Counted from the whole stretch's first letter, positions 1-10,422 are shown. The stretch: 63,847 nucleotides of DNA, filler included, from 4 parts of 4 records of this genome joined end to end with filler, not necessarily neighbours in it; one strand, 5' to 3'. Numbers and translations: made by a program. Notes: generated by a model not told the origin, from the sequence alone.

Positions 1-341
1 GGTTGAGAGAATTGCGCAGGTTTCCGGATTCGGGACCAGTTGCTTCATTGAACGCAGGAGGGTGTTGACTTCTGTGGGCAATTTACCGCTGCTTTGCTGG
101 GGGGGGGAAATAACCCCATTATTAAGCATTTCAAAATTGAACGAAGAGTGAACCCGATACATCCAAATGGTAATTATTGCTGTTTATATCGAAAAACGTT
201 TGGGTTCAACGAAACCCAGAAGAAAACATCGGCATTTTTACTATTGAGAAGTTGCGCAATAGATCAAAATCACATTACGGCAATGGTGGTTGGTCCTTGA
301 GGGGCGCGGTCGCACGAAATAATCGGCAGGTATCTATAGAT

Positions 342-833
342 TTATCTGATTGGCTTGAACGCAATCCATCCGGCAAACTGCGCGAGCGTACACCACCAGC
401 CCGGGTTGGCAGGTTGCCAGCCAATCCAGCGGATGCCTCGCGTTACCTCCGTCGGTACGCCGACACCGGCAAAGGCTGACGTGTTTGCCGACTGCAAATG
501 TTGCAGGTACCCGGCGACGGTGAACGGGATAGAGCCTGCAAAGAAGACGCAGTTTATCTGGAAACCCGACAGATCGGCAGGCACCAGTGACAGGAGAGAA
601 CCTAGCATGAACAGGGAAGCCCCGGCTGCAAAGACCACGCCCGTCCTCCAGTTGTAGGAGGGGCGATGCCAAAACGGTATCGTCCCCTGCCCAGGGACGC
701 GAACGAACCCTTTACGATGTTGACGGGCACGCCAGATGAACTCGTCCTCGTGCAAACGGAAAGTCCGGGTGGTAACGAACGGCCAGGCGCCACGCCGGAG
801 AGTCTCGACCGAGCTTTCATTAGACCTCGTCAA
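342..833 (-). pseudogene. YrhK-like membrane protein, apparently 3'-truncated
   Basis: Hydrophobic repeats (GASLFMLGS, FFAGSIPFTVAG, WQPxxxGWW..QFAG) resemble YrhK-type membrane proteins. The frame stops right after the third hydrophobic segment, where the sequence becomes AT-richer. Confidence 0.5.
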
Positions 834-889
834 AACTCTCGTGGCGTCTTTTGTTCATCAAATTCTCCAGGGTCTGGAAACTAAAAATT

Positions 890-2002
890 TTATTTGGCAA
901 ATGGCGTCAGTTTTGTTGTGGCATCAATCAGCTCGCCTCTGAGTGCTGTCATCGGAAGGACCCGTACCTCCGCTTCGGACGAAAGCGCTTCGAGATCGAA
1001 ACGCACGTAGTTCAGGCTACCATGAGGCCTGAGGTGGAACAGTTTTCGATCAAGGTCCGAGAGATTGGTCCAACTCGTGAATTCCGTGGCATATTCCGCC
1101 GGCGATTCATCCGGGAGCCCGGCCACCTCGAGATGACCGCCTCCTTCGTCGGGGTAGTCGATGGTAACGCCGCGTGGCCGGTCGAAATTGTTCATGATGT
1201 GGGCAAGGGTCAACACAGCGTCGTCGGCCGTATCGGCCTTCTCGGCGTAATGCGCATAGTAGGCAGCCCGCACGAAACGCCCGACCGACGTATTGGAGGC
1301 CGGCAGGCCCGCAGTCGCAATTCCCGAATCCGGCTGCACTGCAAGGTAGTCGCCGAAGCGGGCGCTTGATTTATCGACGTTCGTCAGGAACGTGTAGTTG
1401 TTCAGGTTTGTCACGTGCCACGGAAATTCAGGTCCATTCGTCATCACGCCGACGGGATTATCGTGGAGTGACATGCTGCCAAGGTTGAATTCGATCACGA
1501 GCGAAGCGCCGCTGGAATCGTGAACAACATAGTGGAACGGAGACTCGACACCGCCGAGAAGGGCCAACGGCTCCAGCAGCACCGGCTGCTGTTCGAGAGC
1601 CCGGCGCACCTCATCGACACTGGAAAACTGGCTCAGCGCCCAGCTTCCAAGATCCGAGGCAGACAGGACAGCTGTTGTCGTTTCGACCGCCTGCTTCCGC
1701 CCCCCCGCGCTCGGGTAGGACAGGAGGCTGAAGGTCAGGCCCTGATCGTTCATGCCTTCCAGACATTTAAAGTCCCGAAATGTCAGCGGAGCGTCCGGCG
1801 TTGGCATGCGTCCTGGCATGGTTACACCGATAACGCTGTACTTGCCGGAAAAGACCAGGTCCGGGTGTCCATCGATGTGTGACGTGTAGTCGAGCGCCTT
1901 AGGAAAGAAGACCACCTGGTAGGGAAGATCCATCGTCAGTTCAAGGGTCCTGCCGAGATAGGCCTTGCCTGCGGCATCACGGTAGATGAGAGATGTACAC
2001 AT
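890..2002 (-). CDS. Linear amide C-N hydrolase (choloylglycine hydrolase / penicillin V acylase family, Ntn hydrolase)
   Basis: N-terminal Cys2 nucleophile (MCTSL), GRTLE, GMNDQGL, TNGP and GLPASNTSVGRF motifs. Confidence 0.9.
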   Translation of the reverse strand: MCTSLIYRDAAGKAYLGRTLELTMDLPYQVVFFPKALDYTSHIDGHPDLVFSGKYSVIGVTMPGRMPTPDAPLTFRDFKCLEGMNDQGLTFSLLSYPSAGGRKQAVETTTAVLSASDLGSWALSQFSSVDEVRRALEQQPVLLEPLALLGGVESPFHYVVHDSSGASLVIEFNLGSMSLHDNPVGVMTNGPEFPWHVTNLNNYTFLTNVDKSSARFGDYLAVQPDSGIATAGLPASNTSVGRFVRAAYYAHYAEKADTADDAVLTLAHIMNNFDRPRGVTIDYPDEGGGHLEVAGLPDESPAEYATEFTSWTNLSDLDRKLFHLRPHGSLNYVRFDLEALSSEAEVRVLPMTALRGELIDATTKLTPFAK

Positions 2003-2116
2003 GCAGTTACTTCCAGTGGTTGGAGAGTTCTTTAGTTAGAAACGGGTCTCTTTAACGCCATGGTCCGGTGTCGACGGAAGCCCATTCGTCCAGGCGATGC
2101 TGTGCCCGACTGCACC

Positions 2117-3661
2117 TCATTGCGAGGCCACGACGGGAGCGGCTGCGGAAGTCATGGCCCCGAGTGAAAACGCCAGCGACGCTGCGGCGACAAGTGCAGC
2201 AGCATGCGCATCCGCCTGCGCCTGGCGGGCTTCGAGCAGCCCGGTGTCAGCAAATGTGACGTCCGTGATCGTTCCCAGACCGTTCCGGTATGCGTCGAAG
2301 GCTGCATCGTAAGTCAGGCTTGCTGCGGCTTTCAATTCAGATGCGGCGGAAAATGCTTCCAGGGCCGAGCGCAGATTATCGGAGGCAATCACGATTTCGC
2401 GTGTCGCCGTCTGCCGCGTCTGTTCAAGCCCGGCGCGGGCTGCCGCCGTCTCCGATTTGGCCCGCTTCCGCCTGGCGTTGCGGATGCCCCCGTCATAGAG
2501 AGGAATGCTGACGCCGACGAAGACGCCGGTTGAGCCAGAGTCGACGCCCACTTCAGGCAGATTATTGACCTGAAACCCAGTCTGGTTGGAAGCAGCAATC
2601 CCGCTCAGATATACCTTCGGCAGGAAGGCGGCATCGGCTGCCCGTTCGTTGGCCTTGCTCGCCTTTACGGCCGCATAGCTGGCAAGAACGTCCGGCCGTC
2701 TTGCCAGGGCGGTCTCGATGATCCGATCGGTAGGAACCGAAGACGCGGTCGGCAAGCGACGGTTTGCAACGGAAACGATGCGAATTTGCGATCTCGGTGA
2801 AATGCCTACTGCGCCGATCAGTTCCTGGTAAGCGTCCAAGCGAGAATCTTCGGCCTGGACCCGCCGCAGCTTGGCTTGCGCCGCCAGTTGGTTCGCCTGC
2901 GCGACTTCTATTCTGGTCCCAGTCCCGTTTTGCATTCTTGCTTCTGCTGCAGACTTGACTTCGCGGCTGTTGCGCAAAGCCTGGTCAGCGAGCTTGACGC
3001 TGGTTTCAGCAAGGTCATAGCGATAGTAGGCTTGGGTTACTGCGTAAATCAGCGCCTGGTGCGTTCCGTTGAAGCTGACATTCGCGGCAAGGGCATCCTG
3101 TTTGGCTGCTTCGCGCCACGCCTGGCGCTGACCAAAGTCGAAGACGAGCCATTGCAGGGCAAGGTTGGGATGGGCTCCTTGAACGGTCGTTGACAGGTCT
3201 CTCGTCCCGCCCTGCAGGTCCGGAACCGGAGTGACGACTTCGGTCCATCCTCCGATGACGTTGCCGGTCAGCACGGGGAGAAACGAAGCCTCGACCATGC
3301 CGACCGCGAGTGCGGCTTGCCGCGCGCGCTCCCAGGCTACGCGCGTCGACGGGTTGTTCTTCTGTGCCAGATCGATCAGTTGTGCCAGATTGTAGGTCGC
3401 GTTAACCCGCACATCAGCGCCCTCGCCAAGAGCCTCCGGGTTGCTCGCGACGGAGAAGTCCGAAGCCGCACCGGGCGATTTGGCGGGATGCCAGGCCTTG
3501 TCGGGTGCTTGCGGTGCGTCGCGGTAGGAGTCGGCCACGCAACCTGTAAGAAGGGCTGCGATAAGCAGATACCGGCACCATGCAGACAGGCGCTTCGCGC
3601 CGGTACGAAATACAAGTCGCATCAGGCTCTCCGCGGCGTCAGGAGGGAAGCAGGCAAACAT
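2117..3661 (-). CDS. TolC/MdtP-family outer-membrane efflux lipoprotein
   Basis: Lipobox LLTGC, two OEP repeats (FDFG, AFLPKV, SIPLYDGG). The chosen ATG overlaps the upstream stop (TGATG) and has a GGAGG RBS. Confidence 0.88.
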   Translation of the reverse strand: MFACFPPDAAESLMRLVFRTGAKRLSAWCRYLLIAALLTGCVADSYRDAPQAPDKAWHPAKSPGAASDFSVASNPEALGEGADVRVNATYNLAQLIDLAQKNNPSTRVAWERARQAALAVGMVEASFLPVLTGNVIGGWTEVVTPVPDLQGGTRDLSTTVQGAHPNLALQWLVFDFGQRQAWREAAKQDALAANVSFNGTHQALIYAVTQAYYRYDLAETSVKLADQALRNSREVKSAAEARMQNGTGTRIEVAQANQLAAQAKLRRVQAEDSRLDAYQELIGAVGISPRSQIRIVSVANRRLPTASSVPTDRIIETALARRPDVLASYAAVKASKANERAADAAFLPKVYLSGIAASNQTGFQVNNLPEVGVDSGSTGVFVGVSIPLYDGGIRNARRKRAKSETAAARAGLEQTRQTATREIVIASDNLRSALEAFSAASELKAAASLTYDAAFDAYRNGLGTITDVTFADTGLLEARQAQADAHAAALVAAASLAFSLGAMTSAAAPVVASQ

Positions 3662-5493
3662 CACGCACCTCCCCGGCACAGTGTCGCCATGTCATGGCTT
3701 GAACTATCCGAACTGGCCGGCAGTAGACCGGGCCTCGTCAGTGTTTCTGCCAGCGAGGAACGTGTTTGGTCGGGCGATACCTCGTCGCAGGCCAGCTCTA
3801 TTGCAAGGTACCGCAATTCTTCAACAGCCACCCGGAGACTGGTTCGATCCATCCCGCGGGGATGCATATGGGCGGTCTCGAACACAGCCGCCTCGATCAG
3901 ACGATCAGCCTCCGCAAGAACAGAATGAACTTCTGCAATATCCCCGGTGCGCGCGGAAGTCGACCCTCTATCGGTCGCCCGTTCGAGCAAGGCTGCGGCC
4001 TTCGAGAGTTTCTCTCCGGCAGCCAGAAGCGCACTTTTAGGCCAGAAACGCGTGAATACCAAGAACACCACCAGGTTACCGACCAGTATGCCAATGATCC
4101 GGTCGCTGGCTTGCGAAAACTCGTAACTGGGTCCGAAATCATTGAGCACCGTCAGCAGGAACGCGAGCGCGATCTGGACGCCGGCATAGTTGATCCTCTC
4201 GCTTCCAGACGAGACCCAGGCGCCCGCAAGAACACCGAGAAATACCAGGATCATCAACCCGCCGACCGATGTGATGTATGGCATGATGAAAAACAGGGAA
4301 GCCACCCCTAAAGTCGCTCCAACGAGACATCCGCCAATCCGCAGCACCAATTTGTGGACTGTTTCTCCGACACTGCCGAGTGAGGCGACATAGCAGGTGA
4401 TCATCGCCGTGTGTATGCCGTCCCAATGGATGCCAGTATAGAGCAGGTAACACAGGAGCGCAGCGGAAGCCGTCTTCAGCGCGAACCGCAAATGTTCGGG
4501 ATTGGTCAGGGCGTCAGCAGAAACCAGCTCGGGCGAAGAGACATCAGGCTGACTGCCTCCGTCCGGCGTAGCCAGTTTGGCCAGAACCTCCATGATCGGG
4601 TCGTGAACCGGCAGGTCTGTGCCGCAGGCATCCGCGGGTTTCGGAAACTCGCCTGCTGCGACTTGATCTGCAAACCGGTTGAGCACGGCGGCATGTTCAG
4701 GGCACGTTTCCCCAGCGGCAAGGTTTGCGTGACGGGATGCGTAGACCAGCACCTGGTAGCTTGTGGCCACAGCCCCGGTCAGCCAGAGTGTCTCGGGGCG
4801 CGGAGCCAGCCGCAACACCCGGGTCAGCATCATCTTTTGCGCCAGTGCCTGATTGCCTTCGGAAAGGAGCTGCCGCAGCGCACCGGAGTGCGCGCCGATT
4901 TCATAAAGGCCGGCGGCACAGCGCAGCCTCTCGGCAATCTTGTCGCGAACGAGACGCTGTGGCGCGGGGCCTGCAACCAGGCTGAACAGGAACATCACCG
5001 CCATAGGCACGAGGACCATCTTCCAGGCCATCAGCAGGCCCTGGTCCGCAATGTTTGCGACTGGGACGTCGCTTACCAGGGTAAGAAGGAAGGCAATGAT
5101 GAGACCAACAATGGCCGCTTGTTCCCCCAGCATGGTGGCGGAACTGAGATATAGGAAAACGAACGAGGCTCCGAATATGATAGCTAGCCGCACCGCAGGT
5201 GAGTCCGCGGTCGCGGAGATCAGGGGCACCATGCCTGCAACGACAAGAGCTGCGAGTAGAACGAGCCCGAGTGCCATGATGCAATTGTTGAGCGCGTCTC
5301 GCTTCATCAGGAAGATCACGAGATAGAGGCTGATTGCTGCTTCCGGGATCCGGAACGTCATGGAGACGGCTGCCGCGATGGAGCACACAAGAGCCACCTG
5401 CCAGGAAAGTTGGAAGCGACCTGGGAAAGGCGTCAGGTCTTTCAGGATCCGTCGCCATATGAGACCAGGATATTGCTTAGCAGGATTTGTCAT
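3661..5493 (-). CDS. mdtO: FUSC-family inner-membrane efflux subunit (MdtO-like)
   Basis: PFPGR N-terminus, FALKT..YTGIHWDGIHTAMITC and YAGVQIALAF motifs; lies between the MFP and the OMF. Confidence 0.8.
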   Translation of the reverse strand: MTNPAKQYPGLIWRRILKDLTPFPGRFQLSWQVALVCSIAAAVSMTFRIPEAAISLYLVIFLMKRDALNNCIMALGLVLLAALVVAGMVPLISATADSPAVRLAIIFGASFVFLYLSSATMLGEQAAIVGLIIAFLLTLVSDVPVANIADQGLLMAWKMVLVPMAVMFLFSLVAGPAPQRLVRDKIAERLRCAAGLYEIGAHSGALRQLLSEGNQALAQKMMLTRVLRLAPRPETLWLTGAVATSYQVLVYASRHANLAAGETCPEHAAVLNRFADQVAAGEFPKPADACGTDLPVHDPIMEVLAKLATPDGGSQPDVSSPELVSADALTNPEHLRFALKTASAALLCYLLYTGIHWDGIHTAMITCYVASLGSVGETVHKLVLRIGGCLVGATLGVASLFFIMPYITSVGGLMILVFLGVLAGAWVSSGSERINYAGVQIALAFLLTVLNDFGPSYEFSQASDRIIGILVGNLVVFLVFTRFWPKSALLAAGEKLSKAAALLERATDRGSTSARTGDIAEVHSVLAEADRLIEAAVFETAHMHPRGMDRTSLRVAVEELRYLAIELACDEVSPDQTRSSLAETLTRPGLLPASSDSSSHDMATLCRGGA

Positions 5494-6517
5494 GATGAAC
5501 GACCGTGTTAGCGGAAGCACCTACACGCATCAAACCATCCGGTGGGTCGATGAGCCGGATCCGGACCGGAAAGCGTTGTTGTATGCGGACCCAGTCAAGC
5601 GACTTGGGCACGATCGGCAAGGACACCGGAAGCTCAATAAGTTCTTTCGACGCGACCCCCCAGCCGATCCCGTCCACAACACCTGCAATCGCTTTGTTCC
5701 GGTCGGACAAGACATAAACCGTTGCACAGTCTCCTACCGATATTTTGGGAAGGATGGTTTCAAGATAAGCCGCAGAGGCATGCCAGGTATCGGTCCGAAT
5801 GAGTGTGAAGACACGCTGACCAGGCAAGACGTATTCTCCCGAAGAGATAGTCAGCCCGGCGATACGACCGTCGTGAGGTGCTCGCACCACCGTGTTGGAC
5901 AATTCGTACTCTGCAATTGCCAGGGCGGCTTGACGCTCGGCGACCAGCGATTCCGCACCGGCTTCTGTTCGTACCAGGGCCTGAGCCGCCTCAAGTTGCT
6001 TTAGCGCCTCGTTGAGACTAACGCGCGCATCTTTCTGTGCCGTTCGAGCGGTGTCCACCTGCTGGGCAGATACATAGCCTTTTTCTTCCATGGGCAGGAG
6101 CCGCGTGAGTGTCTGGGTCGCCAATTCAAGGTTGGTTTCGGCTCGTTCCACCTGGTCTTCGGCTATCGCCACATTGAGAAGCTGCGCCTGAATATTTTGA
6201 GACTGATCAGTCTGGGCCGCGAGCGCGATATCGAGATCCGCCTGTGTCTGGTCGACCGCGAGCGCGTAGATAGAAGCGTCGATTTCAAACAGGACATCGC
6301 CTTTGCGCACGAAAGCGCTGTCATCCACCGCTATGCGCGTTATCCGCCCCGCGATGGATGGCGCGATGTGAACGACATCCGCTTTGAGGATTGCGTCGTC
6401 GGAGACCGAGAGATTCGTAGACGACTGGTATCCACAATAGACGGCTGCTAGCGCAGCGGCGATAAGGCCAATGCTGACGATGGTTCCGATCGCTTTCGCT
6501 TTTCTTTTGCTCATCAC
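5477..6517 (-). CDS. mdtN: HlyD-family membrane fusion protein (MdtN-like)
   Basis: Single N-terminal TM, lipoyl half motifs (VRKGDVLFEID, VRAPHDG), C-terminal LDWVRIQQRFPVRI. Confidence 0.85.
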   Translation of the reverse strand: MMSKRKAKAIGTIVSIGLIAAALAAVYCGYQSSTNLSVSDDAILKADVVHIAPSIAGRITRIAVDDSAFVRKGDVLFEIDASIYALAVDQTQADLDIALAAQTDQSQNIQAQLLNVAIAEDQVERAETNLELATQTLTRLLPMEEKGYVSAQQVDTARTAQKDARVSLNEALKQLEAAQALVRTEAGAESLVAERQAALAIAEYELSNTVVRAPHDGRIAGLTISSGEYVLPGQRVFTLIRTDTWHASAAYLETILPKISVGDCATVYVLSDRNKAIAGVVDGIGWGVASKELIELPVSLPIVPKSLDWVRIQQRFPVRIRLIDPPDGLMRVGASANTVVHHDKSC

Positions 6518-6533
6518 GCTTCTTCCTACACGC

Positions 6534-6824
6534 TCAGATCACGAATACATCGATGAGTGCGGTAAGACCGGCAACGAGGCAGAGGTAAAGAGTACCACGC
6601 CAGCGGAGAATACCCTCAAGCCCGACGGTCACAAACACGACCCGCGCGATAACAGTCAGACAGACCGCGGCTCCGAAGGACAATAGCCAGGAAGGAAAGT
6701 AGCTTCCGAACATCGGAACGCTCGGAGCCGCTGCGGAAGCAGAGGTGGCTGTCAGCACGGGAAAAAAGAGGCAGGATGCACTGGCAAACGCCGTTGGTCG
6801 CGTTGATTTCCAGAACATCTTCAT
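6534..6824 (-). CDS. ytcA: YtcA-family small membrane protein
   Basis: APSxxxFGSYFPSWLL signature; directly upstream of mdtN as in ytcA-mdtNOP operons. Confidence 0.75.
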   Translation of the reverse strand: MKMFWKSTRPTAFASASCLFFPVLTATSASAAAPSVPMFGSYFPSWLLSFGAAVCLTVIARVVFVTVGLEGILRWRGTLYLCLVAGLTALIDVFVI

Positions 6825-6867
6825 CCTTTTGTCTGCTCGCTGCCGTGTAGAGCGTTTCATCGGTACC

Positions 6868-7944
6868 CTAGTTGTCGCCGAAGTACTTCTTACGCAGATC
6901 ATCGATCAGCCCGTCTTCCTGGGCGCCGACCACTTCTTTGGTCATCTCCCGTCTCAACGGACTTCCATGCGGAAGTCCGAAGCCGTATTTCTCTGGCTGG
7001 AAGATTGGACCAACAACCTTGAGCTCTCGCTGCGGGTTGCGGTGCAGGTAATATTCCAATACCGGGGCATCGCCGATAATCGCTTCCACCCACCCCCTAT
7101 CGAGTGCATCAACCGAGGCCTGGATATTTTTGGTGGAAATGGATGTGATGATTGAATCGTGCGTGAATTCCTCGGCACTACTGCCTTGGGCGACGGCAAC
7201 CGTCTTGCCTTGCAGATCGGAGACGTTGTGGACGGTTCCCGTGATTGAAAGGCTGGTCATCACGCTGGTCACCGAAGAGGTGACATAGGCCATGACCGCA
7301 ATGCCGCAAACAAGCCAGAGGGCTTGCCAGATGCGCCCGACCCAGCCGAACAGGTTTTTGCGCTTGGGCGACTTGCCCGAGGTGACGACGGACATCACGG
7401 AATAGAAGCTTTCGGCAACACCCTCGGTCCAGCGTTCGGGAAAGTCCTTGTCAAACCTGCGATCAAAAACGGTCATTCCGATGGTTGAAATTAGAATAAT
7501 GAATACCAACCAGCCATAGGCCTTCAGGTAACCCGCATCATGCAAACCTTCGATCAGTCCCCGGAAACCAACGTGCGGTGTCTCGCTCACCATGATGCGC
7601 AACCCTGCATCGAACCAGGGCTGTGTGAAATCGAAACGGGCAGCACGTTTTTCGGTAATGGTCAGATTGGTAACTGCAAGATCGACTTCTTCGGCTGAAA
7701 CCGCATCGACCAGCTGTCCGACCGTGTCGTATGGTTTGTAGGTGTATCCCACGCCAATTTCGCCGGCAATATATTCCCACAAATCGACTGCCATGCCGGT
7801 GACTTCCTCGCCTTCAATCATGACAAAGGGAGGGCTTTCGTGGACGCCGACAACAATCTGCGTGGTCTCCGGAGCCGGATCCTGTGCATCGGCGAATGAG
7901 GAGAAGCTGAAGAAAACGAAAAGTGCAGCGAGGAAGCGCAGCAT
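6868..7944 (-). CDS. Prokaryotic ionotropic glutamate-receptor-like channel (SBP family 3 domain split by TM-pore-TM)
   Basis: Signal peptide, S1 lobe (PPFV, LTITEKR, DFTQPW), M1, pore helix (ESFYSVMSVVT), M2, S2 lobe (DLQGKTVAV.GSS, GDAPVLEY, YGFGL). Confidence 0.85.
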   Translation of the reverse strand: MLRFLAALFVFFSFSSFADAQDPAPETTQIVVGVHESPPFVMIEGEEVTGMAVDLWEYIAGEIGVGYTYKPYDTVGQLVDAVSAEEVDLAVTNLTITEKRAARFDFTQPWFDAGLRIMVSETPHVGFRGLIEGLHDAGYLKAYGWLVFIILISTIGMTVFDRRFDKDFPERWTEGVAESFYSVMSVVTSGKSPKRKNLFGWVGRIWQALWLVCGIAVMAYVTSSVTSVMTSLSITGTVHNVSDLQGKTVAVAQGSSAEEFTHDSIITSISTKNIQASVDALDRGWVEAIIGDAPVLEYYLHRNPQRELKVVGPIFQPEKYGFGLPHGSPLRREMTKEVVGAQEDGLIDDLRKKYFGDN

Positions 7945-8474
7945 GAAGGCTACCTTATCATGGGGCGACGAAGACAGTGACTGTTTGATCGGGGTTGGAA
8001 CGGATGTAACGGCAATTCTGTCAAATCGGAATTTCAGATGGAGGGAAAATCACAAAGCACACAGCTTTTGGCTGAAGTTTGTACAAGTGGATTATAACGT
8101 CAAGTTAACGGATGAGCGCAAGTGGAGTACCTGGCAATAATTGATCTAATCGTGTTTCCCTCTATGACTGGACTCAATTGAAACCAGGGCAGGGCACCCA
8201 AATCCGGGGTGTTGACCCGGCCTTGATATGTGGTTTGCCGTGTTCTCTCCCAACGACATTGATCCAATTTTCGGATCGAGTCCAATACCATTGCACTCGC
8301 CGATCCGCCCCGCACAAGCGCGCCGGGTGCGACTTAATTGGCTATTGTGGAGCCGGTCATTTCACAACAGACGCAATTGTGTTCGGATTTTACTCTGATG
8401 AACACCAGGTCATTTTGCTGTGAAGCTCGAGAACACGAGTCGCCTTTACATTTGGCGATCAACCATATGGAGTA

Positions 8475-8486
8475 TATTATATAAGT
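8475..8486. promoter_or_regulatory. Putative GntR operator (TATTATATAAGT, variant of TCTTATATAAGA)
   Basis: Two mismatches to the palindrome also found at 13877, 17992 and 18048; lies upstream of the GntR gene. Confidence 0.55.
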
Positions 8487-8574
8487 ATCAAAATACGGTC
8501 ATCGTGCCGATAAACATCAAGATAGGGGCTGCTAAATTTCCATACTTCCAGGATTTGAGCAGATTAGAGGGAAC

Positions 8575-9309
8575 GTGAGCAAGAACAGCCATTTGTCGCC
8601 ACAGCCTTTATACAAGCGTGCAGAAGTCGAAATGACAAATCGCATCGCCACTGGCACCTGGTCGCCAGGCGAAGTGCTGCCAAACGAGTTTGTGCTCGCT
8701 GAAGAATTTGGAGTAAGCCAGGGCACCATCAGAAAAGCCCTCGTTGCAATGGAAAAACGTGGGCTCCTGGCGCGAAGCCCGGGACGTGGAACTATTGTTT
8801 CCAGAACCACGCAGGAAGAGGCCCTTTATTCGTTTTTCCGGCTAAGGAACGAAAACGGGGATTTGGTGATCCCTCATCCCGTCAAGGAGACTGTAAAACT
8901 CAGAGCGTCCACCAAGCGGGAAAGAAAATACCTTGGTGAAGACTGCAAGAAGGTGATGCAGCTCTCTCGGGTCAGAGAGAATGAGCATCGGCCCTTTGCA
9001 CTGGAGGAGATGAGTTTTGATGCCTCCGTCTGCAGTGGCCTTCCGGACGATCTTCCCTTACCGCCCTCACTCTACCCCTATTTGCACGAACGGTTTGGAA
9101 TAGCCGTCATGCATGTCGACGAGTCGATTTCGGCAACGGTGGCGGACGAGGGAGCTGCAAGCACGCTCGCAGTCGAAGTTGGAATGCCGCTTCTGAAAGT
9201 CGTGCGAGTTGCCTACGACCTCGCCGATCGGGTGGTGGAGTTGAGAGAGAGCCTCTACAGAACAGATTTTGCGACCTATCAGATAACGCTTTCGAGATCC
9301 GAAGGTTGA
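8575..9309 (+). CDS. GntR-family (HutC/UTRA subfamily) transcriptional regulator
   Basis: wHTH LPNEFVLAEEFGVSQGTIRKAL..GRGT plus C-terminal UTRA-like domain (SLYPYLHERFGI, VELRES). Confidence 0.92.
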   Translation: MSKNSHLSPQPLYKRAEVEMTNRIATGTWSPGEVLPNEFVLAEEFGVSQGTIRKALVAMEKRGLLARSPGRGTIVSRTTQEEALYSFFRLRNENGDLVIPHPVKETVKLRASTKRERKYLGEDCKKVMQLSRVRENEHRPFALEEMSFDASVCSGLPDDLPLPPSLYPYLHERFGIAVMHVDESISATVADEGAASTLAVEVGMPLLKVVRVAYDLADRVVELRESLYRTDFATYQITLSRSEG

Positions 9310-9381
9310 TTTGCGGAAAATAAGCTCTGTTTTACAATGTTGTAAGCCGTTTTCCCCGGGTCTTGATGATCTCGAGCCACC

Positions 9382-10404
9382 TTATGAAAGCTTGAGCCAG
9401 ATTATCGCAAAGCAGGCAATAAATCCGGTTTCCAGAACAATCAGAGCAACCGACTGTGGCGGGATTTCCCTGAATTTCCGCAGCTCTGTCTTGACCCCCA
9501 CCGCTGCAATTGCTGTCAACATCGCCCATTTGGACAGGAATACTGCAGCGCTCTGAACTGCGGCCGGCAACAGGCCAAACGAATTGGCTATCACCAGCAA
9601 CAGGAAAGCGAGCACGAAACCGGGGATAAGGGGCGGTCTCTTTGCCTGGCCATCTGACGTTTCATGTGCGACGCGCAGCGCCAGTGTGAGCAGAAGAACG
9701 AATGGCGCAAGCATGGACACTCGGATCAACTTCACCGTTGTTGCGGTTTCTCCTGTCGCATCCGAAACACCGAACCCCGCCCCGACGACCTGGGCCACGT
9801 CGTGGATGGTTGCGCCAAGAAATATGCCGGATTGCATTTCATCGAAATTCAGGACGGAGGCGAGCAGGGGATAGCCGATCATGGCCAATGTGCTCAGAAG
9901 GGTAACACTGAAGACAGTGAAGCCGAGGTTCCGCTCCGAAAACTCATTCTTTGGCAGAACCGCTGCAATTGCCATTGCCGCAGAAGCGCCGCAGATCGAC
10001 ACCGCGCCGGCAGTCAAGATCGCAAGTCTCCAGCCGCGGCCCAAAAGACGCGAAGCGGCATAGCCAAACACAAGGGTCGCCAGCAATCCTGAGACAACCA
10101 GCAGAACGACCGGCCAGCCAAGGTCGACGAAAGCGTCAAACCCGATGCGTGCTCCGAGAAGTGCAACGGCAATTCTCAGGATCACCTTGGCTGAAAATCC
10201 GACACCGGCTGCGGCCCGGGACGGTTCCTCCTGAACGAAGTTCATCGTCATCCCGAGCAACAGCGCCATCAACATGGCCGGCGAGCCGTAGTGTTCTGAC
10301 AGGAATTGCGCCGCAAGTGCGATCATGGCGCAGATCAACACGCCCGGAGCCAGGCTTTGGACGCGCGTAATGGTTGCTCGAGAAAACGATGCTTCGGTTT
10401 GCAT
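9382..10404 (-). CDS. YeiH/UPF0324 putative sulfite/sulfate exporter
   Basis: SICGASAA, GATIHDVAQVVGAG and VKLIRV motifs; about 10 TMs; last gene of the suyAB operon. Confidence 0.88.
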   Translation of the reverse strand: MQTEASFSRATITRVQSLAPGVLICAMIALAAQFLSEHYGSPAMLMALLLGMTMNFVQEEPSRAAAGVGFSAKVILRIAVALLGARIGFDAFVDLGWPVVLLVVSGLLATLVFGYAASRLLGRGWRLAILTAGAVSICGASAAMAIAAVLPKNEFSERNLGFTVFSVTLLSTLAMIGYPLLASVLNFDEMQSGIFLGATIHDVAQVVGAGFGVSDATGETATTVKLIRVSMLAPFVLLLTLALRVAHETSDGQAKRPPLIPGFVLAFLLLVIANSFGLLPAAVQSAAVFLSKWAMLTAIAAVGVKTELRKFREIPPQSVALIVLETGFIACFAIIWLKLS

Positions 10405-10422
10405 GGAATCGTCTTGGCCGGC

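Noticed and set aside
1-340. Short ORFs (94-300, 177-479) and a G9 run at the window start
   Set aside because: No recognisable motifs in any frame; cannot support a gene or a phase-variable tract.
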